Source: Candidatus Omnitrophota bacterium (GTDB lineage Bacteria > Omnitrophota > Gorgyraeia > JAZDFF01). Taken from it: a stretch of DNA of 64,000 bases. Within the stretch, counting starts at the first letter, position 1. Each line of letters starts with the position of its first letter. Position numbers and translations under genes: made by a program. The stretch is taken from assembly GCA_043808095.1 (NCBI GenBank), contig JAZDFF010000042.1:38667-102666 (forward strand), given 5' to 3'. The notes beneath the pieces are model-generated. The model ran no database searches and was not told the origin of the DNA. It was given only the letters and a program-made list of their open reading frames with translations. Positions 9,696 through 20,680 of the stretch are shown one piece after another.

Positions 9696-10781
9696 TTATA
9701 ATTCAGACCTAAGAGGAACAACTACTCGTTTTAAGTATTTTATCTCATCTAATACTTTGCCAGTACCCAAGGCAACAGCAGTAACCGGATCGTCAGACAA
9801 GTGTACAGTCAAACCCGTCTCTTCAGAAACGAGTTTGTCGATATTGCGAAGCAATGAAGTACCGCCGGCAAAGACAATGCCTTTATCAATTAAGTCTGCT
9901 GCCAATTCTGGGGGGATTCTTTCCAAGGTAATCTTGATCGTCTCTAAGATTGCCCGAATAGGCTCTTTAAGCGCATCCCTCACTTCTTCTGAGGTGATAG
10001 TCACTTTCTTGGGTAAACCGGCAACCAGGTCTCTTCCTTTAACCTCAAGACTCATCTCTTCATCTAAAGGATAGGCCGAACCAATCTTTATCTTGATATC
10101 TTCGGCAGTACGTTCGCCAATCATGAGATTATAATTCTTCTTCATATACTCAGTGATGGCTAAATCCATTTCATCGCCGCCAATACGAATGGATTTAGAG
10201 AATACTATCCCGGCTAAAGAGATGACGGCAATCTCAGTTGTGCCTCCGCCAATATCAATAATCATATTCCCTGATGGCTCTTCGATGGGTAGGCCTACGC
10301 CAATGGCCGCAGCAATCGGCTCTTCAATTAAATAGACTTTTCGGGCTCCGGCACGCTCTGCCGAATCTATAACCGCCCGTTTTTCTACCTCGGTAATTCC
10401 TGAAGGGATAGCAATTACTAGCCTAGGAGGAACCATTACCCGGCGTTTATGCAGATTCCTGACCTTTTTGATAAAATAACGCAGCATCGCCTCAGTGACT
10501 TCGAAATCCGCAATCACGCCGTCTTTCATCGGCCTGATAGCAACGATATTTCCGGGAGTACGTCCCAACATACGCTTTGCCTCTTCACCAACTGCCAGGA
10601 CATTGGAAGTCCCTTTTTCTATGGCTACTACCGAAGGCTCGCACAAGACAATGCCATCGCCTTTTACATAAACCAAGGTAGTAGCAGTGCCCAAATCAAT
10701 GCCCATATCGTTAGAGAACGCCTCGCTAAAAAACTCAAGGGCTTTTTTGCCCACATTAAGTATTTTTTGAAATTTAACCAT
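9696..10781 (-). CDS. mreB: Actin-like protein MreB
   Basis: [34 protein letters not shown]. Confidence 0.97.
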   Translation of the reverse strand: MVKFQKILNVGKKALEFFSEAFSNDMGIDLGTATTLVYVKGDGIVLCEPSVVAIEKGTSNVLAVGEEAKRMLGRTPGNIVAIRPMKDGVIADFEVTEAMLRYFIKKVRNLHKRRVMVPPRLVIAIPSGITEVEKRAVIDSAERAGARKVYLIEEPIAAAIGVGLPIEEPSGNMIIDIGGGTTEIAVISLAGIVFSKSIRIGGDEMDLAITEYMKKNYNLMIGERTAEDIKIKIGSAYPLDEEMSLEVKGRDLVAGLPKKVTITSEEVRDALKEPIRAILETIKITLERIPPELAADLIDKGIVFAGGTSLLRNIDKLVSEETGLTVHLSDDPVTAVALGTGKVLDEIKYLKRVVVPLRSEL

Positions 10782-10836
10782 ACTTACTCCTGTTCTGGTA
10801 ATATATCAGACTCCAAACTTACTGTCAATTAAAATC

Positions 10837-12207
10837 TTAGGTAGTATTAGGGCCTGCTTTGATTTTATTGAGGGCGCCCGCAAAATCCGGAAAGGATTTA
10901 GTGATGCAGCTGATATCATCCAACTCTGTTTTACCTTTGGCAGCCAGTCCCGCAATAATCATGCTCATCGCAGTGCGATGGTCTTCGTAACTAAGTACTT
11001 TTGCTCCTTCTAAAATACCACGGCCTGAAATTACAATTTCTTCTTGCTCTTGAATCTTTACTTTGGATCCGTGCTGTTTTACTTTGCGTACCTTTATATG
11101 GGCTCCCATAAGACTTAAGTTTGTAACCATAGAATTAATCCTGTCAGTTTCTTTAACCCTTAACTCCTCCACTCCCCGAATAACTGTATCACCCTTGGCA
11201 AAACATGCCGCAACCATAACAATAGGCAACTCATCAATTATGGCCGGGATCTCAAGACTTTCTATGGTTGTCGGCTTTAGGCGGCTGGACTTTACCAGGA
11301 TATCAGCAATCGGCTCAGAGCCAATGATTACACAGGGATGATTAAACAAGCGGATATCCGCGCCCATCCTCTTTAAGACATTTAAAATGCCTGTGCGGGT
11401 TGGGTTTACGCCTACAGATCTAAGCAAAATTTCTGAGCCGTCAATGATGGCAGCTGCAACCATAAAAAATACCGCTGAGGAGATATCCGAAGGAACCTTA
11501 ATCAGGCGGGGTGAAAATAATTCCTTACCGCCTCTTATGTTCACCTTAAGCGTATCAATATGGATATCCACGCCAAAAATCTTGAGCATCCTCTCGGTGT
11601 GGTCTCGGGACTGGATTACTTCACTAACTACTGTTGTCCCTTTAGGATATAAACCAGCTAATAAAATCGCAGATTTGACCTGGGCGCTGGGAACGGACAA
11701 TTTATATTGGATGGGCTTTAGACTCCTTCCCTTTATCTCCAAGGGCGCAAATTCCTCGGTTTTATTTTTGGCTTTTTTAACTTTGGATTTTATCTTGGCA
11801 CCCATAAGTCGCAAGGGTTCAATTACCCTTTTCATTGGTCGACTCGATAAGGATTTGCCGCCTTTTAAAACACTCTTAAAATCTTGAGCAGACAACAAAC
11901 CAGAAAGTAAGCGCATGGAGGTTGCGGATTCTCCCATATCCAGCTGTCTTTTTGGCGCATTGAGACCGCCTAAACCCACCCCATTAACTAAAACAAAGGA
12001 GGATTCCGTCTTTATCTTTACTCCCATCGAAGAAAATGCATTAATAGTACAAATGCAATCATCGCTAAACAAAAAGTTTTCAATGCGAGTATCTCCTTTA
12101 GAAATGGAACTGAGGATTATGGCACGGTGGGATATTGACTTATCGCCCGGTAGTGAAAGTTTTCCCCTCAGGCTCGTTATGGGATGAACGAGATATTTTT
12201 GCGGCAT
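10837..12207 (-). CDS. aroA: 3-phosphoshikimate 1-carboxyvinyltransferase
   Basis: PGDKSISHRA, SAQVKSA, RDHTERM, LRVKETDR, DHRTAM. Confidence 0.97.
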   Translation of the reverse strand: MPQKYLVHPITSLRGKLSLPGDKSISHRAIILSSISKGDTRIENFLFSDDCICTINAFSSMGVKIKTESSFVLVNGVGLGGLNAPKRQLDMGESATSMRLLSGLLSAQDFKSVLKGGKSLSSRPMKRVIEPLRLMGAKIKSKVKKAKNKTEEFAPLEIKGRSLKPIQYKLSVPSAQVKSAILLAGLYPKGTTVVSEVIQSRDHTERMLKIFGVDIHIDTLKVNIRGGKELFSPRLIKVPSDISSAVFFMVAAAIIDGSEILLRSVGVNPTRTGILNVLKRMGADIRLFNHPCVIIGSEPIADILVKSSRLKPTTIESLEIPAIIDELPIVMVAACFAKGDTVIRGVEELRVKETDRINSMVTNLSLMGAHIKVRKVKQHGSKVKIQEQEEIVISGRGILEGAKVLSYEDHRTAMSMIIAGLAAKGKTELDDISCITKSFPDFAGALNKIKAGPNTT

Positions 12208-12212
12208 GAAGA

Positions 12213-12983
12213 TTACGGTTTGGTTACTCGACAGCCTTCTTTAATCTGATCTTTTTGGATTGGGGGTAAGAAATTGGCAGCAGAGAGTGCTTCGTAAACC
12301 TTTTCAACTTTTAATTTACCGATGGATTTATCTTTATTATTGTAGACAGTAAACATATCGCCAACACTTATACCTGCTTTTCTTCCGAAATTGACGATGG
12401 CAAAATCATATTCCCGGTTTACGCTCAAAATCTTTCCTTCTAAAATTCCAGCCCGCGATGCCTCGCTAGAAGAACTCTGTTTGACTACAATCTTCTCAAG
12501 CTGCACTCCCTCCGAGGACTTGACTTCTAAATCCTTAATCTTGGCCTCTAAATCTTTCTTGATATTATTCAGGTTCTCGAGTTCTTTTGATTTAGCCTCT
12601 AAATCGCCCTTGGCCTTTTCTAATTGTTTAAAGACATCTTCGCGGGTTGACTTTTCCTGTTTCAATTGCGCCTCGAGACCATTTATTTCAATGCTTAATT
12701 TATCTTTATTGGTCTTTTCAGTCTGAAGTTCGCCTGAAGCAGCGGCAAGCTGGGTATTGGCATCGGTTAATTGCACCTGCAGTCTATCCACCTCTTCCTT
12801 AGTCGACTGTAAGTTCTTGTCTAAATTACTTCTCATCGCCTCAAGACTCTGCGACTTTGCCTCCAGCGATTTTCTCTTATCGATCTCCTGTTTTAGGAGA
12901 TAACCTGCGCCTACGGCAAGGCCCAGAGAAATAAAGGTTACTAATACCAAAAGACCAACTAAAACCTTTGCGCTAGAACCCAT
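12213..12983 (-). CDS. Membrane-anchored coiled-coil protein with C-terminal beta domain, function unknown
   Basis: N-terminal TM helix, ~125 aa heptad-rich region, GKILSVNREYDFAIVNFG; RBS ggagg. Confidence 0.8.
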   Translation of the reverse strand: MGSSAKVLVGLLVLVTFISLGLAVGAGYLLKQEIDKRKSLEAKSQSLEAMRSNLDKNLQSTKEEVDRLQVQLTDANTQLAAASGELQTEKTNKDKLSIEINGLEAQLKQEKSTREDVFKQLEKAKGDLEAKSKELENLNNIKKDLEAKIKDLEVKSSEGVQLEKIVVKQSSSSEASRAGILEGKILSVNREYDFAIVNFGRKAGISVGDMFTVYNNKDKSIGKLKVEKVYEALSAANFLPPIQKDQIKEGCRVTKP

Positions 12984-13085
12984 CTTTGAACCTCCTTCGA
13001 CTGACTCCGCTCTCCCACTATATCAAGTGAAACGAATCACTCTTTTTTAGTGATTTTAATTATTATAACATAATAAGAATGGATT

Positions 13086-14012
13086 TCAAGTATTTTTATA
13101 CAATTTCATGACTTCGGTTAACTCCTCAGGCAAATGAGAATCAAATTCCATAAATTCCCTTTTTGCTGGATGAAAAAACCCTAAACTCTTGGCATGCAGG
13201 GCAAGCCTAGAAATTGCAATCTTTGTATTCCTGCCATATTTCTTATCACCGAGTATAGGATGGCCGATAAATTTAAGATGCACCCTCAGCTGATGAGTAC
13301 GACCTGTTTGGGGAGTCAATTCTAAAAAGGTAAAATCCTTGAATCTCTTTAAGACCTTGTAGCGGGTTTGGGCGGGTCTGGATTTGAAGAATCTCACTGC
13401 CATATTTTTGCGATTGTAACTATCTCTTGCAATGGGAAGATTAATAAGACCTTCGTCCTGCGCCACCACCCCTGATGCCAGGGCGATGTATTTTCGCTTG
13501 ATAGAGTGATTAGCAAACTGTTTTGCCAACTCAAGATGTGTAGTGTTATTTTTAGCCACTACCATCACGCCAGAGGTATCTTTATCCAGACGATGCACTA
13601 TGCCCGGACGAAGTTCGTTTATACTGGATAATTCCTTACCAAGGCCAAGGAGCGCATTTACCAGCGTCCCGGACATATTGCCGGCACCCGGATGAGTGAC
13701 CAATCCAGAAGGCTTGTTGACAACTAAAAGGTCATCGTCTTCATAGATAATATCTAGCGCAATGTCCTGGGGTTCCAACATTAATTGCCCCTTTTGCGGG
13801 ATCTTTATAACAATGACGTCATTCTCTTTTACCTTGTGGTGGGGTTTTACAGGCTTGTTATTAAGTTCGACGAGGTTTTTGATAATAACTGATTTTAGGA
13901 AGGTACGCGAGAACTTACCGGAAAGATGCTCCACTAGAAATATATCAACGCGCTTTCCAGAGTCTTCTTTTGGGATATTAAACTTAAGCTCTTCTAAGAA
14001 TGGCTTTTGCAT
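13086..14012 (-). CDS. rluD: RluA-family pseudouridine synthase (RluD-like)
   Basis: S4 domain, VNKPSGL, HRLDKDTSG, TGRTHQLRVH. Confidence 0.9.
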   Translation of the reverse strand: MQKPFLEELKFNIPKEDSGKRVDIFLVEHLSGKFSRTFLKSVIIKNLVELNNKPVKPHHKVKENDVIVIKIPQKGQLMLEPQDIALDIIYEDDDLLVVNKPSGLVTHPGAGNMSGTLVNALLGLGKELSSINELRPGIVHRLDKDTSGVMVVAKNNTTHLELAKQFANHSIKRKYIALASGVVAQDEGLINLPIARDSYNRKNMAVRFFKSRPAQTRYKVLKRFKDFTFLELTPQTGRTHQLRVHLKFIGHPILGDKKYGRNTKIAISRLALHAKSLGFFHPAKREFMEFDSHLPEELTEVMKLYKNT

Positions 14013-14728
14013 CTTGATGAGAGTAGGCCAACGAATCCAGCCAGGAAAACAAAGATGCTCATATATTGAAAAATGGTGAGATTTAGAAAAAGCGGTTTTG
14101 AATCAGCGCGCAGAAACTCTATAAAAAAGCGGCCTATAGAATGCATTATTAAATAAGAAAAAAATACTATGAGCTGTTTATTGGTTTTTATCTGAATTTT
14201 TCTTAAAATTAAAAATATAATCAAAAGAATTATTGAAGAATAAAGCTGCGTGGGAATAAGAACGGCCTTATGCACGGGAAAATATAAACCCCAGGAAGCG
14301 GCCTTGCCGTAGCAACAGCCGTTAAGTAAGCATCCGATCCGGCCCATAGCCTCGCCTAAGGCAACATATGGTATTATCAGGTCTAAAATAAGCGCAAAAT
14401 TCTGTTTGTGTATCTTTAAATAAAATATCCCTGTCCCTATCGCAAAAACCAGCCCCCCATACCAGGCGAGTCCTCCGTGGGATAACATTATTATCTCAAG
14501 AGGATTATCAAAATAATAATCTAAATTTAAAAGCACATAAAATAATCTTGCCCCAACTATACCGCTAATGAGAACCCAAAAGCAAAAGTCAGTAATTAAA
14601 TCCGGGCTAATACCTTTAATTCTCGCGGCTCGCGAGGCAAGATATGTGGCGGCAAAAAATGCCAAGGCAAGCATTAGACCGTATGAATAAATAGTAAGCG
14701 GACCGATTTTAAGAAGGACTGGGCACAT
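13994..14728 (-). CDS. lgt: Prolipoprotein diacylglyceryl transferase
   Basis: GARLFYV, GGLAWYGG, GRIGCLLNGCCYG, RFFIEFLR. Confidence 0.95.
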   Translation of the reverse strand: MCPVLLKIGPLTIYSYGLMLALAFFAATYLASRAARIKGISPDLITDFCFWVLISGIVGARLFYVLLNLDYYFDNPLEIIMLSHGGLAWYGGLVFAIGTGIFYLKIHKQNFALILDLIIPYVALGEAMGRIGCLLNGCCYGKAASWGLYFPVHKAVLIPTQLYSSIILLIIFLILRKIQIKTNKQLIVFFSYLIMHSIGRFFIEFLRADSKPLFLNLTIFQYMSIFVFLAGFVGLLSSRCKSHS

Positions 14729-14772
14729 TTTATTTAAACTCTAGCCTCAAAATAACACAACTACTGAGAATA

Positions 14773-14856
14773 TCTAATTCTTAATGCCTAATTTAAAATT
14801 GACATTTAATCATTAAAAAATTAATTAGGAATTAGGGCTTAGGCATTAGTCATTTA
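14773..14856. repeat. 7-bp-periodic inverted-arm repeat
   Basis: ctaattc ttaatgc ctaat ... ttaggaa ttagggc ttaggca ttagtca; related to 1360-1475. Confidence 0.7.
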
Positions 14857-14883
14857 ATCTTGATATAAAATATAATCTCGGAT

Positions 14884-15333
14884 TTAGGCTTTTTGTTTTG
14901 TTTCCTTTAGAATCGCGATAACAAGCAGAACTGCACCGATGCTAATTGAACTGTCCGCGGCATTAAACACCGGCCAGATACGTAGGTCGATAAAATCAAC
15001 TACGTAACCAAAGATAATGCGATCAATGAGATTTCCCACTGCCCCGGACAAAACCAAAACCAGGCTTAATCTTTCAAGGTCAAAATTTTTATCAGGGAGT
15101 TTTCTTGATCTTAAATTTATGATTATGGCGATAATCGTTATGCAGGCGGCCAGAATAAAAAATACAGTCTGGTTCCTAAACATCCCGAAGGCCGCACCTG
15201 TATTATGGACAAGGCTTAGATGAAAGATGTTCTTAATTATGGGCAGAGATTCACCCAAGGCAAGATTGTGTCTTATAAGGTATTTGCTGACTTGGTCAAT
15301 TAAAATAATTAAAGAAAGGGCAATGATGTACAT
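14884..15333 (-). CDS. lspA: Lipoprotein signal peptidase II
   Basis: DQVSK, NTGAAFG, GNLIDR, VVDFID, FNAADS. Confidence 0.96.
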   Translation of the reverse strand: MYIIALSLIILIDQVSKYLIRHNLALGESLPIIKNIFHLSLVHNTGAAFGMFRNQTVFFILAACITIIAIIINLRSRKLPDKNFDLERLSLVLVLSGAVGNLIDRIIFGYVVDFIDLRIWPVFNAADSSISIGAVLLVIAILKETKQKA

Positions 15334-15374
15334 TGATTAATAAGGTTAGCCCAAAAAAACTGAAGCTAAAGAAA

Positions 15375-15761
15375 TCAGCCTTTTTCGCGGATAGACTGGC
15401 ATTTTAAACACAGGCGGGTATATGGCACTGCCTTAAGCCGGCTTTTTGAGATTGCTTTCTGACAACCCTCGCAGATACCGAAGGTACTGTCATCAATACG
15501 CTTTAAGGCATCTTCAATTTCATAAAGTAGCTTTCTTTCGTTAGAGGCCAGGCCCATGGAAAACTCACGGTCATAGGTGTCAGTGGCCACATCAGCCATA
15601 TGATAGGTATAGGTAGAGATATCGCCGGCAGCTTCTCTCTGCGATTGTTTTAAGGAATCTTCGGAGATCTGTTGTACTTCTTCCAGGGCCTTTGCCCTTA
15701 ATTCAGCGATTATCTTTTTAAAATACTTCAAATCTTTTTTGAGCATTTTCTTTTTAACCAT
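15375..15761 (-). CDS. TraR/DksA-family C4 zinc-finger protein
   Basis: HMADVATD coiled-coil tip; CEGC...RLKAVPYTRLCLKC. Confidence 0.9.
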   Translation of the reverse strand: MVKKKMLKKDLKYFKKIIAELRAKALEEVQQISEDSLKQSQREAAGDISTYTYHMADVATDTYDREFSMGLASNERKLLYEIEDALKRIDDSTFGICEGCQKAISKSRLKAVPYTRLCLKCQSIREKG

Positions 15762-15782
15762 GCTTGCCCCTTTCAGGTTGTG

Positions 15783-18572
15783 TCAAATTTTTAGATTACC
15801 TAAACACCGTTCGCATAACTCGGGATGTTCAGGGTCTTCGCCCACTCTCTTGGTATAATTCCAACAACGACTGCACTTCTTACCCTCTGCCTTAAGGATG
15901 GTAATCTTTATCTGGCCGAGATTTTCTATTTGTGCTGCCTCTTTTAGTGAATCTACTTTTTTTAATTGGGTTTCTGAGGCAATGAAAATACTCTTGAGCT
16001 CATGGGAAAATTTATTCAATAAATTATAAAGGTTTTGCGAACTAGTTTCCAGTAAAATCTGCGCCTCAAGCGAGCTGCCGATTTTTCCTTTGGCGCGCTC
16101 TTCCTCCATGGCCTTTAATACTAAATCCCTTACTTTAAATAATTGTTGGTATCTTGCCTCTAAATCCTTATCAAAATATTTATTGAATAATTCAGGCCGC
16201 GGCCATTGGGCAAGTTGTACATGAGTAAGGTTTCTTTCTTCGCCCCTTTTTGGCATAGCCTCAAATACCTCCGAAGAGGTAAACACCAAAATCGGCGCCA
16301 GGACCTTGCCTAAGATATCTAAGATCTCATACATAACGGTCTGGGCACTGCGCCTTTCTAAGGAATTGTTTCTATAGGTATAAAGCCTATCCTTTAAGAT
16401 GTCAAGATAAATCGAAGACATATCAATGGTGCAAAATTGATATATCTTCTGGACAACCCTGTAAAATTCAAATTTTTCATACGCCTGGGTTGCCTCTTTT
16501 AAAAGGCAAGAAACTCTCGACAGCGCCCACCTGTCTTGCTCCTTCAAATTTTTGAAATCAACAGCATCTTTTTGTGGATTAAAATCATAGAGATTCCCAA
16601 GGATAAATCTAAAGGTATTACGGATCTTGCGGTAGGCCTCGATGAGCCGGTCTAAGATTTCTTTAGAAATACGCACATCCTCATTATAATCACTTGAGGC
16701 AACCCACAGCCTTAAGATATCCGCGCCGTAATCCTTAATAACATCCTGCGGCGAAATGACATTGCCTTCTGATTTGGACATCTTCTTGCCAATTCCATCG
16801 ACGACAAATCCATGGGTCAGCACGCATTTATACGGCGGAGCACCTAGAATTGCAAGACTAGGAATAAGTGAACTCTGAAACCAACCGCGGTGCTGATCTG
16901 ATCCCTCAAGATAAAGATCGGCGGGGAAGAAACCATCTCTCGCCTTTAATACGGCGGCGTAACTGACGCCAGAATCAAACCAGACATCTAAGATATCCGC
17001 ACCCTTAGTAAAACCATCCCCATTATGGCCACAATGCGGACATTCTAAATCTTTGGCGATAAAATCACCAACTGGCCGAGTAAACCAGCAATCCGAACCT
17101 TCTTTGGATACAAAGTCGGCGAATTTATCAATCACTGCCTGATCAAGAAATTCCTTGCCGCATTTATTGCACGAGATTGCCGGGATAGGCACTCCCCAAT
17201 AACGCTGCCTGGAAAGGCACCAATCCGGCCTTAACTCAATCATCGCCGAGATCCTCTCTTTTCCTGCCGCAGGCACCCAGTTCACTCCTCTGGCCACTGC
17301 CGCCAATAATTTCTTTCGTAAATCATGTTTGTTTAAATCCATAAACCACTGTTCGGTTGCGCGAAAAATTACGGGATTCTTACAACGCCAACAATGTGGA
17401 TAGGAATGGCTGATATTATCTTCGTGCAGCAATAAATTGTTAGTTTTAAGCTTTTCTATAATAATTTTATTTGCATCATAGACATTTAGGCCTGAAAACC
17501 CGGATGCCGATGAATCAAAATTGCCTTTTGCATCAACTGGCATAATTACTTCTAATTTATATTTTAAACCAGTCAAATAGTCTTCGTTGCCGTGGCCAGG
17601 CGCAATATGCACAAGGCCAGAGCCTTCTTCTTTTGAAACGTAGTCAGCTAATACAACTTTGCCTTTTCTAAAACCAAAGGGATGCTCATAAACTAATCCA
17701 TCTAAATCTCTACCCTTAAAAGTACCCACTACCTTATATTTATCAATACCCATTTGCGACAGCACATCCCGACGAACATCCGCAATAATCAAATCTCCAC
17801 GTTCGGTTTTAATATGAGAATAGAAAAAATCAGGGTGAACAGCCACCGCAACATTAGCAATCAAGGTCCAAGGTGTTGTAGTCCAAATCACAAGATAAGT
17901 ATCTTTTAGAAAATTCTTGCTTTCATTTATTTTAAATTTAACAAATATCGAAGGAGAAACATGGTCTTCGTATTCCACCTCTGCCTCGGCAAGGGCAGTT
18001 TCGCATTTAAAGCACCAGTTTACTGGTTTCAACCCTCTATAGATATAACCTTTCTTACATAACTCACCAAAAGACTTAACTATTGCCTCTTCATATTGTT
18101 TGTCTAGAGTCAAGTACGGACTTTCCCAATCGCCTAATACTCCGAGTCTCTTAAATTGCTCTCTTTGAATATTGACGAATTTAATAGCATAGTCGTAGGC
18201 TTTCTTTCTAAAATCTAACTGCTTAATCTGGGATTTTTGAATTCCCAGCTCCTTAAACAACTGATGCTCAACTGGAAGGCCATGACAATCCCAACCTGGA
18301 ATGTATGGGCTGTCCTTACCCTGCAGGATTTTATATCTTACCACAATGTCTTTCAGGATTTTATTCAGGGCATGCCCGATGTGGATATCGCCGTTAGCAT
18401 AAGGCGGGCCGTCGTGTAAGATGTATTTGGGATTTTTCTTGGATTTCTCTCCGACCAATTTATAAAGATCAGCCTTCTGCCAGTTAGCCAGCATGCTCGG
18501 CTCTCTCTGGGAGAGATTGGCCTTCATGGAAAAATCGGTCTTGGGTAGATTTAAGGTATTTTTGTAATCCAT
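15783..18572 (-). CDS. ileS: Isoleucine--tRNA ligase
   Basis: DGPPYANG, HIGH, KMSKS, C-terminal CSRCW...CERC. Confidence 0.98.
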   Translation of the reverse strand: MDYKNTLNLPKTDFSMKANLSQREPSMLANWQKADLYKLVGEKSKKNPKYILHDGPPYANGDIHIGHALNKILKDIVVRYKILQGKDSPYIPGWDCHGLPVEHQLFKELGIQKSQIKQLDFRKKAYDYAIKFVNIQREQFKRLGVLGDWESPYLTLDKQYEEAIVKSFGELCKKGYIYRGLKPVNWCFKCETALAEAEVEYEDHVSPSIFVKFKINESKNFLKDTYLVIWTTTPWTLIANVAVAVHPDFFYSHIKTERGDLIIADVRRDVLSQMGIDKYKVVGTFKGRDLDGLVYEHPFGFRKGKVVLADYVSKEEGSGLVHIAPGHGNEDYLTGLKYKLEVIMPVDAKGNFDSSASGFSGLNVYDANKIIIEKLKTNNLLLHEDNISHSYPHCWRCKNPVIFRATEQWFMDLNKHDLRKKLLAAVARGVNWVPAAGKERISAMIELRPDWCLSRQRYWGVPIPAISCNKCGKEFLDQAVIDKFADFVSKEGSDCWFTRPVGDFIAKDLECPHCGHNGDGFTKGADILDVWFDSGVSYAAVLKARDGFFPADLYLEGSDQHRGWFQSSLIPSLAILGAPPYKCVLTHGFVVDGIGKKMSKSEGNVISPQDVIKDYGADILRLWVASSDYNEDVRISKEILDRLIEAYRKIRNTFRFILGNLYDFNPQKDAVDFKNLKEQDRWALSRVSCLLKEATQAYEKFEFYRVVQKIYQFCTIDMSSIYLDILKDRLYTYRNNSLERRSAQTVMYEILDILGKVLAPILVFTSSEVFEAMPKRGEERNLTHVQLAQWPRPELFNKYFDKDLEARYQQLFKVRDLVLKAMEEERAKGKIGSSLEAQILLETSSQNLYNLLNKFSHELKSIFIASETQLKKVDSLKEAAQIENLGQIKITILKAEGKKCSRCWNYTKRVGEDPEHPELCERCLGNLKI

Positions 18573-18580
18573 CTTTTTAA

Positions 18581-18817
18581 AGTAGAGAGTAGCGGAATGA
18601 AGAAATCACAAATTCCAAATTACAAATCACAAACAAATCCCAATAACAAAATCCAAATGACCAAAACCATTGTTTGTAATTTCGGTATTTGATATTGTAT
18701 ATTGTTTGTTATTTGTGGTTTGTTTATTGTAATTTAACAATTCTCTTTACTCTCTACTCGCTACTTAAACAAATCTGTGTTTATCTGTGTAATCTATGCT
18801 TTTTAATCTGTGTAATC
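18581..18817. repeat. Nested periodic inverted repeats upstream of ileS
   Basis: Outer agtagagagtagcg / tactctctactcgctact arms enclose caaatca/caaattc ... tttgtaa/tttgtgg heptamer arms, followed by atctgtg units. Confidence 0.75.
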
Positions 18818-18826
18818 AATTTTATT

Positions 18827-19732
18827 TTAAATAGGGATTATCTCTTTAAATTTTTTTAATCTTTGATTAATCTCTCTCTTATTCAGCCTGGCAGTGCGCT
18901 TCATGCCAAAACTCTCGACATTAAAAGAGGCAATCACTGTACCCAAGACAAGCGCCTTTTTTAAATTATCCAGGGAAATCCTGCCTGCATTTGCCAGATA
19001 CCCCAAAAAGCCGCCGGCAAAACTATCTCCGGCTCCGGTTGGATCAATTAATTCTTTAACCGGATAGGCCGGTAGAACCATAACTGAGTTATTACAAGAC
19101 AATAAAACTCCGTGTTCTCCCTTTTTGATAATGACAATCTTGGGGCCGAGTTTCCTCAAGGCCCGGCTTGCCTTAAAGAGATTGTGTTCTTGGGATAAGC
19201 TTTTTGCCTCGGCATCATTACAGAAATAGATGTCTACCTTCTTCATCAGCCTCTTCAAAGGTTGTGGTTTATGCGTAATCCAATAATTCATACTGTCTAG
19301 ACCCACAAGCCTCGGGCTATATAACTGCCTTAGAAGACTAGCCTGAATATCCGGGTCAAGATTTGCCAGAAACACTGTTTTTGTATTTTTTTGATGGGCG
19401 GATAATCTGGGTTTAAAGCCGGGTAAAACCCCTAATTCCGTGTGATGCGTTATCGCAACGTTAAAATCTTTTTTATATTCACCTTCCCAACGAAAGCTAT
19501 TTCCTCCAAGCCTTGCCACCGCATCCAGGTTAATGCCTTTTTTCTTCAGAAAATCCAGATGTTCTCGTGGGAAATCCTCACCGATTGCCGAAACCAGGGT
19601 CACCTTCATAAAATGCCTGGCTGCCATGGCAAAATGAACTGCTGAGCCGCCCAGGATATTTTCGCGCCTTTCGGATGGCGTCTTAACCGTATCTAAGGCA
19701 ATCGTGCCTAAGGCGAGGATATTCATTATCAT
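18827..19732 (-). CDS. PfkB-family carbohydrate/nucleoside kinase
   Basis: GGSAVH, KKGEHG, DPTGAGDSFAGG. Confidence 0.92.
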   Translation of the reverse strand: MIMNILALGTIALDTVKTPSERRENILGGSAVHFAMAARHFMKVTLVSAIGEDFPREHLDFLKKKGINLDAVARLGGNSFRWEGEYKKDFNVAITHHTELGVLPGFKPRLSAHQKNTKTVFLANLDPDIQASLLRQLYSPRLVGLDSMNYWITHKPQPLKRLMKKVDIYFCNDAEAKSLSQEHNLFKASRALRKLGPKIVIIKKGEHGVLLSCNNSVMVLPAYPVKELIDPTGAGDSFAGGFLGYLANAGRISLDNLKKALVLGTVIASFNVESFGMKRTARLNKREINQRLKKFKEIIPI

Positions 19733-19818
19733 TAATAAAATATTAGCTAGATAATAGATGCTAGATACAAGATACTAGTTAAAATTGTTATGTTAGCACG
19801 TAATTTTGTATTTTTAGA

Positions 19819-20679
19819 CTACTTAATGTATTTACTTATAAGTAGAGATAAATTCTTCTTGGTCTTTTTTGGTATGAAAGATTCGCCCGTTATAATCGCA
19901 TTCTTTAAGGCTCCCTTACACTCACAGGTTCTTTCTTCGGAAATCTCTGGGATAACCTTAGTCAGAATTTTCTTGGCATTATCGATATTTTTGTTGAGGT
20001 TTGCGATGATCATCTCGACGGTAACTGGCGTCTCTGACTCGTGCCAGCAATCATAATCAGTCACGGCAGCTAAAGTGACAAAACAGATCTCTGCCTCCCG
20101 GGCAAGCCTTGCCTCAGCCATATTAGTCATACCAATAATATCCATGTCCCAGGACCTGTAGAGTTCTGACTCGGCCTTGGTGGAAAATGCCGGTCCTTCC
20201 ATATTTAGATAAGTTCCGCCGTTATGGACATTAAGGCCTAAACTGTTTATGGCCCTAAAAATAAGTGCCCGGAACTGGTCGCAAACCGGATGCGCAAAAC
20301 TGATATGCGCCACTATCCCGTCAGAGAAGAAGGTCATTTTCCTGGCCTGGTTAGTCCGGTCTACAAACTGATCGGGAAGCACAAAATCAAGCGGCCTTAA
20401 ATCTTCTTTAAGGCTGCCGCAGGCAGTTATTGAGATAATCCTGTCTACGCCGAGTTTTTTCATCGCCCAGATATTGGCGCGGTAGTTTATTTCAGTAGGA
20501 GAAATACGATGGCCTATGGCATGCCGCGGCAGGAACACCGCTTCTTTGCCGGCTAAATTTCCCAGAGTAAATTTATCCGAAGGCTCGCCAAACGGCGTAT
20601 TCACACTTTGTTGTTTAATATTTTTAAAGCCTTCAATTTTGTATAGACCACTACCGCCGATAATTCCGATTCGAGACAT
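19819..20679 (-). CDS. mtnP: S-methyl-5'-thioadenosine phosphorylase
   Basis: IGIIGGSGLY, NYRANIWA, MEGPAFSTKAES, VTDYDCW; start reassigned to ATG 20679 (ggagg upstream). Confidence 0.93.
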   Translation of the reverse strand: MSRIGIIGGSGLYKIEGFKNIKQQSVNTPFGEPSDKFTLGNLAGKEAVFLPRHAIGHRISPTEINYRANIWAMKKLGVDRIISITACGSLKEDLRPLDFVLPDQFVDRTNQARKMTFFSDGIVAHISFAHPVCDQFRALIFRAINSLGLNVHNGGTYLNMEGPAFSTKAESELYRSWDMDIIGMTNMAEARLAREAEICFVTLAAVTDYDCWHESETPVTVEMIIANLNKNIDNAKKILTKVIPEISEERTCECKGALKNAIITGESFIPKKTKKNLSLLISKYIK

Positions 20680-20680
20680 T

